Shown in pieces: positions 1-13,266 of a stretch of 64,000 nucleotides of DNA. Below the pieces are notes generated by a model. It did not search any database and was not told the origin of the DNA. It saw nothing but the letters and a program-made list of their open reading frames with translations. The DNA comes from Trichosphaerium sp. ATCC 40318 (Eukaryota > Protista > Tubulinea): assembly GCA_038496445.1 (NCBI GenBank), contig JALMLS010000579.1, forward strand, positions 372,001 through 436,000, written 5' to 3'. Numbering within the stretch: position 1 is the first letter of the stretch; each line of letters begins with the position of its first letter. The position numbers were made by a program, and so were the translations under genes.

Positions 1-142
1 TTACTCTGTTTGTGTCTGTAGACAGCACGTGTTTATTTGTAAAATGCGTAATTCCACAACAATCAAACTAAGATGGCTTATCGACTTGACTTCATCAGAA
101 AACTCTGCTCGTAGTTTAAACCTGCCGTGTTCGTCTTTGAAA

Positions 143-1060
143 ATGGCAACCAAACGCAACATAACAGTTCATCCGTCAAGCGAAGATGCTACAAACCTGT
201 TTTCAGTGCCAATAGAGATACTTTTAAATATTATTATCTGTAATGACCTCACGTGGCAAGATTTGGCTTCATTACAACAATCAAACCAATATCTGTGCGA
301 AATAATACGAAGTGACTCAGAATACATTTACCGACACTTGTACCATCATAAATGGGGTTCTGATATTGAAAAAATCGATTCTGCTATCCACCATAACATC
401 GAACTAACACTGGGAAAGAAAGTATCTGAGACTTTGTATAATCTTAATGCTGTCACGTGGAAAAAAAAATATCTCAACAAACTTGTTCCGAATATCATCT
501 CAGAGTTGAGTTGTGACACCAATCATGTTCACAAAGGACAAACAGTAACACTCACACTCACACTCGAGAATATTGGTAAAACACCAGAGAAGATACACCT
601 CGGTCATGGAGCAAGACTTGTCAATTCTCATATCATTGAAGGTGGCAGTGTTGTCTATGTTTGGAACCCTCCAGTCAAGGATGGAAGAGTGTTTCTCAAC
701 AATTTCAGGAAGAATCATCAAAATTATTATGGGGTGTGGAACCGTGACTGGTACAAAACATTGAACCCAGGAGATAGAAAAACTTATCAAATACCGTTAC
801 GTTTTCAACAGGTAATTTCACAACAAGAAAGTAAATTAGCAATGGCAAGCCCCTTTTATTTACCTGTGCCCTTTGGTGCCTTATCTCTTAAAGGTAGCGT
901 CTATGAAATTTATGTTGCCTCCTCTGAAACACCAGATGTATTTCCTCTTCAAGTATTTACCATAGTCAACACTGAAAGGGGAAACCATGATGGCCTATTT
1001 GGCCATTGTTCAATTGTTACAAGCAATGTTGTAAATCTTACAATGTACAAAACGTCCTAA
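143..1060 (+). CDS. Intronless F-box protein with C-terminal Ig-like (DUF11-like) beta-sandwich, copy 1
   Basis: First ATG (MATKRN) at 143. F-box-like LFSVPIEILLNII..LTWQDLASLQQSN; Ig-like GQTVTLTLTLENIG..LNPGD..SNVVNL. Close paralogue at 18412-19335. Confidence 0.75.
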   Translation: MATKRNITVHPSSEDATNLFSVPIEILLNIIICNDLTWQDLASLQQSNQYLCEIIRSDSEYIYRHLYHHKWGSDIEKIDSAIHHNIELTLGKKVSETLYNLNAVTWKKKYLNKLVPNIISELSCDTNHVHKGQTVTLTLTLENIGKTPEKIHLGHGARLVNSHIIEGGSVVYVWNPPVKDGRVFLNNFRKNHQNYYGVWNRDWYKTLNPGDRKTYQIPLRFQQVISQQESKLAMASPFYLPVPFGALSLKGSVYEIYVASSETPDVFPLQVFTIVNTERGNHDGLFGHCSIVTSNVVNLTMYKTS

Positions 1061-1307
1061 TAAACCCGTTTTACCCTTAAACAGTTATTCCTTACTTTTA
1101 TCATATCTATTATCTATACTACCTTTGCTTCCAGTTTGTTAAAGCAAGTCAAAACACCACACCATAGAAGTTTACCCTACATTCTCATATCGCTGGTTAT
1201 TGTTCTTATACTAATTGCTAAAAGGGACTTCTTCTATCACGTGATAGACATCATATTTTAGAATAGAAAATAACTTTTTTTATTTATTTCTTTTTTTTTG
1301 GACTTCT

Positions 1308-4300
1308 TTATGAATCATCTGAACTTACATCTTCTACTTTAATCTCTGGTGTTTCTTCTTCAGTATTTGTATTAATAAGATCAGCTTGAGACATATTGAA
1401 TTTCCTCTTCAGTACAGCTATCTGCATGTACAAGTGTTGTATTGCATCGGGTATATTTTTTGGTTCATGACTTGCAGCGGACTCTATTTGTAGCTGCTTT
1501 TTCACTTCTTCTTTTATCATTTCACTGATTTTTGCACGTGATAAAGGAAGACCTGATGATTCCCTTTCAAAAAGCTTATTGATTTGAGTTAATATTTTTT
1601 TACGATGACCAACTGCTGTTATACCCATATCTCTCAGATCAGAACTTGTAAGGCTCTTAAATAACATTAGTAGGTATGTAAATACAAAAAGATTCAAGAA
1701 AAAAGAGAAGGTAGGTAGAAAATACTCACGGCAGTGTTTCGCCATCGATTTTGTGTTCAGTGAAATTCGAAACGAACTCGCCAAGATCTTTGTTCGCAAG
1801 CCATGCAGATACCTCGTACATACCCCATGCTCTAGGACCGACTTTTTCAACCTTTTCACTCTCCTCTTCACCGCTTATAGCACCATCAATATTCTTTGAT
1901 ATCTCTTTACGAAGAGCTGAAATCTCAGATAACAAACTTTCGTTACCTGACGCTCCCATTGAATCAGAAGGTACATCAAGTGACGCATCACTCTGTTCTA
2001 GACTTGTAAGAGATCTTTCAGATCCTTGCTTTATAGGCAAGCGAACAGGTCTTTCAATGTCTATACCACGTGGTTTGACATAATCCTCTTGTTGTGGTTG
2101 TTGATTGTCGAAAAGAGTTTTTAAGTCGAAACTGTTTGCCTTTTTTTTCTCCTTGGTTGTGTGGAATGAAGCAGCGAAAGCTGAGAACCCGCTACTGTTT
2201 GAACCCACGCTACCCATGCCACTTGTGCTTGCGCTGTTCCAACTGTTCGTTCGATCACGTGTGTCAGTTTTCTTTAGTTGAGAAAAGTCAATTGTTCCAA
2301 CCGTTCTAACTCTTGCAATGCTAGCACTCCTGCTACTCTTCCTGTGTTTTCTTTTTATAGAACCTCTATTCGGATCCTCATTAGGAACATAATTAAAGCT
2401 AATATAAATGTCACTGAGGTCGTGACAGTTGATAAAATTATAAAAAATCTGAGGGAAAAAAGTTGGTTTTATAAAAAAATCCGTCGATTGTTGGCTTGTT
2501 GTCAAAAAAAAAGAACTCGGTAGAGAGATGTTAGTTAAAAATAAAACATAATAAAACATAAGCAATAGTATAATTAAACCGGCTATTTTACAGACACTTC
2601 CTTTTTTCTTTATACAATCTAGTGGAATCACACAAAAATGGTGACAACACAAACTTCTTTTTTTTTTCTTGATTTTTTTCGCTTCAAAAAAAAAACACGT
2701 GTTCATGAGCAGCATGCTTGGGCTTTTTGGGGTTTTTCTCTTTTTGTTTTTGTGTTAATGTTCCTTTTTTGCTCAACTTGCATGCGTGCTACGAGAATCA
2801 CGTAATGTAAAAGAACCGCTTGAGTGTTCCCGACTTGAACTAGGAATAGGTCTTCTATGAAACAACTCAACACTTGCTCTCTTACGATTACGTTCTCTCT
2901 CTGATGCGACATTTATAGTTTCACCAAAAGACACGACATTTCCTTTTGAATTCTTTTTAGATGTTCTTTGTGAAGGTGCAACCCACGCTGATATTTGTTC
3001 TAAAGGAATACGTGGTAATGAAGTGTCGAATGGTGTGTCGTGAAGCATCAATGGTGTTATGTCACCATGGCTAAAGCTTGCTCGCTTTGATATAAGGACC
3101 CTGTGAAGTGTTAGGGTGAAGGTTAAGAACCGGTTGCGGTGTGTCGGTGGCTTGTTTTCAAGGTTTGGTTTTTTTTTTTTGGTTTTTTTTGTCGGATGTT
3201 TTTTTGACTTCGTTTTAAGGTGTTAGGTCGGAACTGGCGGTGATTGGATTCGTACAATGATTTCATGTATATTTTTACTAAGAGAAAAAACTAGTTTCCT
3301 TTTTCACCAATTGAGACGCACAGCGAATAATTTTGGTTTTAAAGAAGTTGCAAAAAAAAAATCACGTGTGAAAAGTTAGGATAGAAATACCTAAAACGTG
3401 AATTCTGGATGAGACGCTTGAAAATAAACCTTTTCCACCGCCGGTTCTTGACCTAGCCCTCTTCTTCTTTTTATAAAATGCCAAGCAAAATAAAAATTTG
3501 AAGCTACAACTCTTGTGGAGCGTAGTTCTTTTTTTTTTTTCGAAAAAACCAGTTTGAAAAAAGTGATAGAATAACCAACACGACGAGTTTTTTCTGAACT
3601 GAATGATTCAAAGAGAGGCAGGTAGGTGTTTGTTTGGGTTTTTTAAATGAAAAAACGTACTTGTGGCTATGTCTACCGCTGAAACTTGGCTTCTTTTTTG
3701 ATCGATGTTGTTTCTTCATTAACTTTTTCTTGAGTGTTATAAAATGTGGTTTAGCTGCTTGTAGTCTTGCTACAATCTCATTTGAATCAATCAATGGACT
3801 CTTCATAATCAAATCACGTATAAACGCAACATTCTCCAATGGATACTCTGGCTCAGAAGCACGGAAAATGTGCTTTACAACACGTGATAATTTCTGTCTT
3901 TTTCTGAAATTTATAAGATTTCCATCAACTTCATCAGCCTCTAAAGAAGATAAAAGTCAATAAAAAAACACTGTCTTCGCACAAATATCTCTGTATCAAT
4001 AAAAACGTACCTCCAATGATATCTTCAATGACATTATGTAGCATGCCTATGTAAGGGATGACAGGACACGTTGCAGCCATTGTTTTTTTATCCATAATAT
4101 CATAATCCGTTAACGAACCCAATGCAAGCCTAACACAGTCAGGGACTATCCAAAATTCGAGATCTAAGTAGTTGAATACAACAAGAAGACCAAGAAGTCG
4201 ATCAACCGAGGTTCATAAAAGACAACGTACGGTATTCCATCCAAAGCGTTTCCAGCGCACAATGCTGTAATTTCCCACACCTCATCGTATAGAGATAATG

Positions 4301-7300
4301 CAGCGTACAAACAGGATATAGCGTGATAATCACGAAGTTGTAGAAGATGCTAGAACAATAATAAGCTTAAAGCGAAGTAACAGCGATTCAAAGCTTAATA
4401 GTTTTTTCTCGTAATAAGGAAACTACGGATCGTTCTAGTTTCTAAATAAACGCCTGAATCATTTGTACGTACAATAAGGACTTGAATAAAGAACTTTATG
4501 GTCGGTAACAGGCCACGTGATTTATCTTTTTTATCACTCTTCTCAAAACAGTCGTTTGGATCAACAGAACTCAAAATGTTCGCAATAATCCAGTCTTGAA
4601 GCCGCGTTTGGTATCTAAATTTTCATAGTGAGTGCGTAGTGAGTGAAGTGTGAATAAACGCACTTTACTACCGGATCTAGAGTAGCAATGGGCCGATCCA
4701 GAATATCAGAAATATCCATCTCTTTATACATTTGTTGATGAAAAAGAGTTATCTGTCTTGCTATTTCTAATGGATCACAGTCCATTACTGTAAGGTCTCT
4801 CGTTCCCATGTTACTTGGTAATAGCGGTTTCTCTCTTTGAATCTCCTTTTCCATCTTTGAAGCATTGCTTTGCTCCCAGAGCTAGTTGGAAAGAAAATTA
4901 ATGAAATGTGTCAAGAACTATTATTGTCATATTTCAGAACTATGTGTACCTTCGCTTGTACTTCCTCTTTTATCTTCACTGCTGCTGTAGGAAATACAAT
5001 GGAAAGTTCTGTATTAATAAACTCACAGAATACATTATAAACACCCTCATCGCTGACCAAATCTTTGAAATAATCACGAGCCCATCTGTGACACAATTGA
5101 CGAATACTTTTACATTGTGTGCACGGATTTCCTTCAGAATCTACAATACCTTTGTTCGCACGATACCTAAAATTAGAAAAAGCACGTGAATAATAAAGTA
5201 TTTTAATGTCACGTGAAAAGAGCGTACTTTTGTATTAGGCTATCTAAGAAAAGTCTTCCAGTCGTAAAAGTACGATAAGTCATTAAGAAAGCATCACCAA
5301 ACTCATCTGAAGCATCTTCGGAAACAAGAAAGTCCATTAGTTGTTTCAACGTTCCTTTCTTTAATTCTTCCCTTGCTGCAGGTGAACTTGTCCTTCTTCC
5401 ATTCAAGTTAAGTGGAATAGGCGCAAAAACACCTGAAGGAGCTCTCTTTCTGTTAGGATTACCCTTGTTCGGACTCACCATAACCTATTGAAAAAATGCG
5501 TTAGCACTCATCTAATATGTGGTGTACTGCGATTTATACCTTTATATTCTGTGAGCGCTTGCTTTGAAGGTACTTATCCTTGATACCAACAGTGGAAGTT
5601 CTTATCTCTCGTTTGAGTTGATTTCTTGCTTTATTGCTCAATTTAACAGCAACACCACCTGAAGGCTCTACTTCTTGAGATCTATCCCATAGTTTATCTT
5701 CACCCCATCCTTCAGGTTCAATCAGTACTTCCTAAAAAAATCGTAAGATATCACGTGATAACCAACGAAGACAGAAAATCCACATAAGCTCTAAAATTGT
5801 ATTCTTGTACAACCAAAGAAGAGCAAAGTAACAATAAATAAAAAAGCTTCAGGCGAACTCGCCGCGCCTACTCCAAAAAAATAGTTACCTGGATACTATC
5901 AACAGCAATAAGGTTAAACGGTGTCTGCTGTGATATCATTATAATCTTTATAATCTTTGCTAGGGATGTATACTTTTCAAAATGTATTAAACCTCCCGCT
6001 ACAACATCTTCGTTACCATCTTCAGCGAATGTCAAATCCTAAAAAAGACAAGCAATAAGTCCGCCGTTCATATACTCAACTATCCTTTGAACTGTCCACC
6101 GGAGAGCACCGGCCCTTGAAAAGCAGGAGGAACAAAAGTAAAAAACGAGGTATGTGCGTACAGTTAGGTACATGCCGAGATGAGGTATGCGAGGGGGGTT
6201 ATGATTACTTATTGCGGCACGTAACGCCGCGGAGTTCTTTTCTCGGTCGACAAGCGTCTTTAAAGAATCGAAAGTGCTCTTCCATTTGCTTGGTACTTCT
6301 CGCCATGTAGCTTTTAAACGATGTACCGGAGAAGCTGAAAGTCCCGATACAACCTTAAAGGTTGGAAGAATGTTAGAGAAGAAAGAATAAAAGGAGATAA
6401 AAGAGAAACTGTAGACTAAGAAATGAAGTCGGGAAACAAATGGTGTTTTTCTTTGTTCACTGTTTTTTCGAGGGTTTTGAATAAAACGAGAAAAAACCAA
6501 ACGTACTTCCATGACAGCGTTGTAATTACCAATTTTTCTTAAATGTTGGCATAATTCAATGTACCAACATATCCTCTTTGCACGATCAGCAACTGTATCA
6601 CCTAAGGTATAGTGTAAGCCGCCAATGTTCGAGTCTTCTCCATTTTTTTTTATTCGATTTTTTGTTGATTTCGTTACGTTTCTTTTTATCACGTGATTTT
6701 CACGTGCCTTTTAGTACTTCTGTTGTTACCCAAGTACTCGTCTGATTAAATCTTTTTATCATCACTTTTACGTTTGGCGATGCACTGGCGTCATCTTGTT
6801 TACTCCAGCCTTGATTCAAGAATTCTCGTGTTTTTATCTTTGTAAACAAAGCATACTCCAAAATAACAAGTTGTCTCGCAGCTTCCTCTGGAAGTACATG
6901 TTGAAATAAACAGAGTTCTTCATTCTCAGGAACCTATGTATTTTAGAAAGACGTCAAAAAATACAAGTACGCCAAATACTCCATATAATGTGTGGCAAAT
7001 AAAAAGATCTGGGTAAACAGAAAAATTGGTTTACTCACTGTTGGGTATATAGGCATAGGCGGTGGAGCTACGCTGAAACTACGCATGTCTCTTCTTCCAT
7101 TAGGATCTAATTCTTGTTTCTAGAGTACAGTAAGAATGATATCTGCGACCAGCAAATAAAAGATAAATTCTAGTATTCGTACCTTTCTTGTCATTAGCTG
7201 CGACAAAATAGCAGCGGACTTTTCCATCTGGTACTTAGGCATCACGTTTTGAATAAAATCTTTGTAAAGCTCGTTTAGTGCTGGATCTTGCATCCAATCT

Positions 7301-8655
7301 TGAGGATGATTTTCAACCCAATGCTTCATTAAGTTGAAAACTCTAAAAATCACGTTTAGCAAAACTACAAAAAATCGTCTGACCTCAGTCTAATGACTTG
7401 GCGATTTCTGTCCTCTGTACTGTTCGTAGAGGAAACCTCACTAATTGATGCACCTCTACTCCTCTTTTGATGCACTGACCCTCCTTCTGTTGGAGGAGTT
7501 GTAAGTAGAGTAGGTGATGAACCAAGAGATCTAGAAATGACTTCAACATCAACATCTAAACTATCACTGTGTCTCTTATTCTTATCTACCATATCTCGTG
7601 GTCGTACACCACATTCGAAACGAGCACGTATTACTGAAAATAGTTCTTGAGGTGATGAGAAGGCTCTATATATGCTTGTTAGGCGAATGAAACAATTAAA
7701 TCAAGAAAAGCTCAACTCTAGGCCGAACTGTATTTTTCATATTTTTTTTGGCAATAAATTTAGCCGGTCACGTGATTATTTTTTGAAATACGCAACGTTT
7801 ATTCATATAGTGATTCCTTATTTTGCTTTGTGAATAATTTTTTTGGTAATAAACAAAACAAGTAAAAACGTGATCATTGTTTAGAAATAATGGTATTTAT
7901 CCTAAAATAGACGCAAACAGACACGAAGTCTTTTTTCTTTTTTTCAAGAGGTATTTGTGTGTCGTACCTGTACGTTAATAAAAAATCAGACAAGTGCTGT
8001 ATCCTAGCATCTTTAATGGCAGTGAGTTTTTGAACAAGTTTAACCTAAGAACAAGTTAGTTACAAGACCATTCATGAGCAAAAACCAAAAAAAAGTGTTT
8101 GAGCGCAATTTTTTTTTTCGGCTGTCGTCATACCAGGGTGGCTCCAATAATTTCTCCATCCTTCATTATGATATTTTGCCTTGTATCTGGCTCGTTAAAA
8201 TCATAATTCACTTTGTAACTACTAGGTCTGCTACGTTTACTCTTCTTTCTCTTTCTCTTCATTTCTGAGTTACGAAGCTCACTACGACGGTGGTCATCTC
8301 CTTCATTGTGATGGTGACGAAACTTTTTAGACTTTGATCTACTAGACCGGGTAGTTGTTCCTTCATTAGTGGAACGCCTGGATACTCAATTACGACAATA
8401 ACAATAAATATAAACAAAATAAAAAAAAATTAAGGGCATGTGATTAATTTGGCGTTTGTTTACATTATGCACTGCGCCTGCAAAGCAATTCAAACCAAAA
8501 TTATTTTTAGAGTAGACTCTTTTTTTTTTTTTTTTGAAATGAACGTACGATTTGCGATGAACCCTGTGCCTCATCTCACTCCTAGACTCTCTTCGGACTT
8601 TGCGCTCTGAACTGCCATCTCCTCCACCTTTTCTGTGGCTGGGGACGCTTGTCAT
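1308..8655 (-). CDS. Multi-exon RasGEF with two REM+CDC25 modules and a C-terminal SAM domain
   Basis: Spliced exons give REM1 (ATLVKLV..FLLTYRAFSSPQELF; RVFNLMKHWVENH), CDC25-1 (GNYNAVMEVVSGLSASPVHRLKATW; PRIPHLGMYLTDLTF), REM2 (GTLKQLM..FLMTYRTF), a degenerate CDC25-2 (PLEIARQITL; PVIPYIGML) and SAM (WGMYEVSAWL..IDGETL..DLRDMGITAVGHRKKIL). The join across about 2.4-2.8 kb is the least certain. Confidence 0.8.
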
Positions 8656-9012
8656 GAATTGAATTTAGGACCGTCAACCACAATGTATTGTTTGAACTTG
8701 GAGGTTACAGAAAATTACACAAAAATTTTGATTGTAACTTATGTGATGGGTGATTCTCTCCGTTTGGAATTAACCATATAAACTCAATAAACGTGTCGGC
8801 TAAATAAAACGATACTTTAAGTACATGTAGAAGTATTTGTGCGTTTTTTGTTGTTTTACAAAAAAAACGTTTGTTGACACTTTGTCAGTTTTATTAGTTA
8901 TCATTGGAGAATAATTGATTTGTTTAGGCGAAAAATGGAAACAATTGAGGTTTGTACATAGTTAATTTTGAAAAATTGGTATGTGACGGGGTGACGTGTG
9001 ACGTGCTATCTC

Positions 9013-9447
9013 TCACATGTCCATTGGCTCTGGTCCTAGCGCTCTGCCTATAGCACGCCTTTTTCTTCTTTGCTGTTCCATCCATTTTTCTCTTATCTGT
9101 TGTTGTTGGCTCTCGTCAGTGCTAATCAGCGTTTTTAGCGCGTGAACAAGTGAGTTTACGTGTTACGCGTACTATTGATGCAAACATTCGTTCATATCCT
9201 GTAATTGCTCTCTGCAAGCAGAAAATATGTCAAAAACCTTATCTCTAGTGCAATCAGTGTATGCGTCAAGCCATTTTTTGCATTTCTCCCTCGCACGCTC
9301 TTTTAACGCGTTCAACAGCAACGCTTCCACCTTTGGCGGTACTAGAGACGTAATATCTTGGTATTGAGCTCCAGGCATATCTAAAGGCTCAATACCCTCT
9401 GGAAGCATTTCTTCAGGTTTCTTTGGTCTTCTTGGTTTGAACGCCAT
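9013..9447 (-). CDS. CMC1: Twin CX9C cytochrome c oxidase assembly factor (Cmc1 family), 2 exons
   Basis: ALKERAREKCKKWLDAYTDC...CREQLQDMNEC (two CX9C motifs); one short GT-AG intron, then the tail YTDESQQ..PMDM*. Confidence 0.8.
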
Positions 9448-9744
9448 TGTTTTTTATCACTTGTAACAGTTCAAAGGACAAATAACCAACTAACGACCAA
9501 TACAAAGTAATACCGAGAGATTTTGACACGCTAAACGCCAAATTTAAGGTCAAAATCTTAGCTCTACAACACATTTTGACAAAACAACAACAACATTAGC
9601 AATGACACTAACCTATAAAGACAACACGAGTTTATCACGTGGAAGTGTATTCAGCCTTTAAAAACTCAGTGTTTTTTTGACTTAGTGAGAGAAGTTAACG
9701 ACTTAGGATTCTCTGGGCAAGGAAAAAGTAGCAATTACAATACA

Positions 9745-10593
9745 ATGAGCAATAAATTCCAACAAAGAGAAGCTCTGTCTTCGTCAGGTGATGGTACGTT
9801 ATACTTTGGCGCTATTCGTTTGTTTGTTCAATAAGACTACAATTTTTTTTAATTTCTTTTTACCCTCATTCGCATTCTATTCGCGTAACTAACTCATTTA
9901 TAGATGATTTTATCGATGGAGCCGGTATTGCATTTTTTTTTGAGTTTTTTTTTTGTCATTCTTTTCGCTTGTTACCTCCAATAACACCTCATATAGCATA
10001 TGACGGCGAGTCTAGCGAAGATGAGGACTATGTAGCAAAAGTCGACCTCGCTCCAAAGGCAAGAGCAGCACCAAGGCCTAAAAGAACGCCAAAGCCTAGA
10101 AAGTTGGACGCGAAGCCAAAAAAGCGCAAACGAGACCCAACAAAACCTAAAGGCCCAATTTCTGCCTACTTTTGGTTTTTAAAGGACAAACGTGCTGATA
10201 TTATAGCTGAAAACCCGGAACTAAAATCAAACGCTCCAGCTGTAGCAAAAAAAGCTGGTTCTATCTGGAGATCTATGGATGAAGGTGAGCAATTTGTACT
10301 TTACGTTTTTTTTTCAGGACAAACAAAAAAAAAAATAAACCGCCGGATAGTTTTTCCTGTTTTTGCGAATCTAGCTTCGTTCTAACACCTCCCCCTCCCT
10401 TTAGCTGATAAGAAGCAATATCAAGCACAGGCTGCAGAGGATAAAGAGCGTCATAGACTAGCTATGGAAAAATGGAGAGAGGAGAAGGACGCTGAAGAAT
10501 CCCCAGCAAAGAAAGCTAAAATGAGTGCGTTTGGCGTTATTTTGATCACTTTTAATCAAATTCTTCACTTTTTTTTTTTCTTCAGTTTACTAA
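9745..10593 (+). CDS. HMG-box protein (NHP6/HMGB-like) with micro-exons
   Basis: KRDPTKPKGPISAYFWFLKDKRA..AGSIWRSM|ADKKQYQAQAAEDKERH; 21-nt second exon; 8-nt coding last exon. Confidence 0.85.
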
Positions 10594-11231
10594 TGTTGTG
10601 TAATTAGCTCCTGTGGAGTAAGATTGTTAAACTAATAACGTGGTATCACGAAAAATGAAAGATTAAAATTTATTGAGCAATATCCCTGCTTTTGGTGACT
10701 TTCAGTAACGGTTACCGCTTTAACGCAGGTTTTTTGTTTCCATAGAAAAAGCGAGCTTGTACAAACTCAAGACAATACAAAATTAAAAACAAAACGTTTT
10801 GGCGCTTTTTTTTGTGAAATTGTTGAAGTCGATATCTGTTGCGAAAAAAAACGGTTGGAGATGCAGTCTTGTGTTCAAAGAAGCTTTCACCATTGAGATA
10901 TTCCTTGTGCTAGTAACATGGAAAAGCAAATGTGCTTTGAAACCATGTTAGCACTGACAGTTAGTTGGCTTTTTGGTTGAAAGTGCTGGCGTTAATTGGA
11001 AAGTACTTTGAACAATTTCAATGAATATATAAACGTGCACGTTGTTGTTTAACTGTAACTGTGTAAAAATATTGTTGTACGGAATAACTTACAATGAGTT
11101 GGGTTGCGACCAAAACGCGGTGTATATAATTCAGAGAAGAATACAGAGGTACGAGTTGTTGCTTTTTTTGTTTTTCTTATATTGTACTGTCATTGTAGCA
11201 TAGTGGTGGCTTGCGTTTTTTTTTAATCGTA

Positions 11232-12956
11232 TTAATCACGTGAATACATGAAGATTTCAATCAATCTGATGAATATTTGGAACACATCTATTACTCAAGT
11301 TATAAAAAGAAAAAGAAGCAAAGGTCGCTAATATTTAAAAATGACGTACTCAAAAACATGCTCAAAGCATCTCCTGTTACATCCTTTATACCAGCCTGAG
11401 CACTCTCAATCATACGTTGAGTATCGTATCCAATGAATATACTAAAGAGTCCAAGTCCAAGGTAAAGATTTATATTATGAAAAGCCTAAAGAATAATCAA
11501 AAAATCCCGGAATGGAAAACTCTGTCTCTCGAAAAACTTTCCAAAAAAATGTTGCAGCTGTTTGTAAATTACTCCAAATTCTCCTTTTCGTTTTTGTTTC
11601 TGAGGTTAAAAACAATAACGTACCGCCCAAAATGCTGGTCCACCGATACCTAGAGGTGCAAGGAACATGTGTCCGAGACTACCAGCTACCAAGAACAGTA
11701 AAATACCAGTAAGAGCACCTCCCCATTTTAAGAAGGCTCCACGCTTTGCACGCAAAGCAGCAATACTGAAACCGCCAAAAATAGCGATAGTGCCAAGGAA
11801 TGCATTCACGATAATCATAGGGTCAACAGCAACTATTTGAAAAAAGTCCATGAGATTTTGTTGCTAACCAAAAAAAAAAGCACGGCAAAGCTTACCGGCC
11901 ATTGCCATGAGTGGGGCTACGCCTATACCCAAGAGTGCTCCTACGCTGTATAATAGTATACGCCTGGTGCTTTCATCTCTAATCATGTTTGTAGCAAACG
12001 TACAGCCCAATGCGCTTGAACACAAGTAAGCACAAAAAAACGTGAAGGTAAAAAAAATATACAAGGTTTTCAAAAAAAATAACCATTCTCATTATCTCGT
12101 ACCCAATGAACGCTCCAATACCAATAACTGGTGAAAGCATTCCCATGCTAATAGCGCCAACACAACCTGAATGATATTTGATTTAGTACAAGGTAGAATT
12201 CTTAGCGAAACCAAAAAACAGAAAAAATAAGTTCAGTTAACCCACTAAAAAAAGCAAACGTACTCAAAGCTGACACTCCCATTGTAGCGCTCATAACTGC
12301 GTATACTTTAGCAATGTGTTTCTTGATATCTGGAGTGCTATAGATCGTATAAGAATAAGATTAAAAGGCAAAAAAGGGTTTGGACTCTTACAGCATATCT
12401 TCTGTTGTTTGGGTGCCGTATGTAGTCTCATTTGGTTTAAATCCATCGAACCAACCACCTCCTTGCTTTTGTTTTCCCTATTGAGCCGTTTAAGGTCGTT
12501 ACGTTTATTGATTGGTTTGTTTTGTACTGGTTGATGTTGTTGTTGCTCGTTCTCGGTTAATTGGCCGTATCCATTGTTTTGTTGCCATTTCTCCTCCTCT
12601 TTTTGTTCAACGCGTCTATCTAGGTTTTAGAGTGCTCGGTAAAAGCCATTTTTGTACCGTTTGAAGCGTCTACTGGCGTAATTTCTTGCAAATACTGATG
12701 GGAAAGCAAGCTTTTGCGCATTTACCGCCAATGGAGATCTGTTGTTCAACGCCTTGTATATTCTTGTAGGCTTTACTCTTCGCAATAATAAGCAAAAAGA
12801 ATATCATTATTTCGTTAATACTCACTTTTGTGTATTCCACAAGGTATGTATTTGCCTTTTATTAGTCTTTGGCACTTTTATGCTGCTAACACGGCGAGTT
12901 CGTGTATTAGCGTAACGGAGTGTTGTGGATGAAGAAGCTGCAAACCTAGCGCGCAT
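11232..12956 (-). CDS. GHITM: Mitochondrial Bax-inhibitor-1 family protein (GHITM/MICS1-like), multi-exon
   Basis: Arg/Ser-rich presequence MRARFAASS..; KKHIAKVYA; AFLGTIAIFGGFS; FLKWGGAL; GLFSIFIGYDTQ; DVFQIFIRL C-terminus. Confidence 0.8.
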
Positions 12957-13266
12957 GTTGGGTGCTGTAAGTTTTGCCGTTGATGACCCGATGACTTGTT
13001 CTGACACTTTGAGCTCAGCTGACAAAAATTTTACATAAAACCAAAAAAAGTGTAAACCATCGTCACATTATGCGTTAAAACAGTTCGTATAGATGTGAAA
13101 ATGCCCGGTTTAGCTTATTGATTATGTGTAAACAACCGTTTAGATAGAAAGAGGCGTTTTTGCTTTGTTAGATTTATGTAAACTTAAAACTACGCAGCAG
13201 TATAATTTTTAACCGGTTAAGGCTTGCAAGCGCTATTATTGGCACTTTATTTCTTTTTTAACCCAA

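Noticed and set aside
1655-1730. Possible GT-AA intron in the SAM domain (and a CAA acceptor in Rho)
   Set aside because: A canonical GAG acceptor restores the frame in SAM, and the Rho gene is independently broken.
4268-4319. ATATCCTG as a third U12 donor in RasGEF
   Set aside because: No U12 branch site; the codons (AISC) fit the CDC25 alignment and a GT intron explains the frame.
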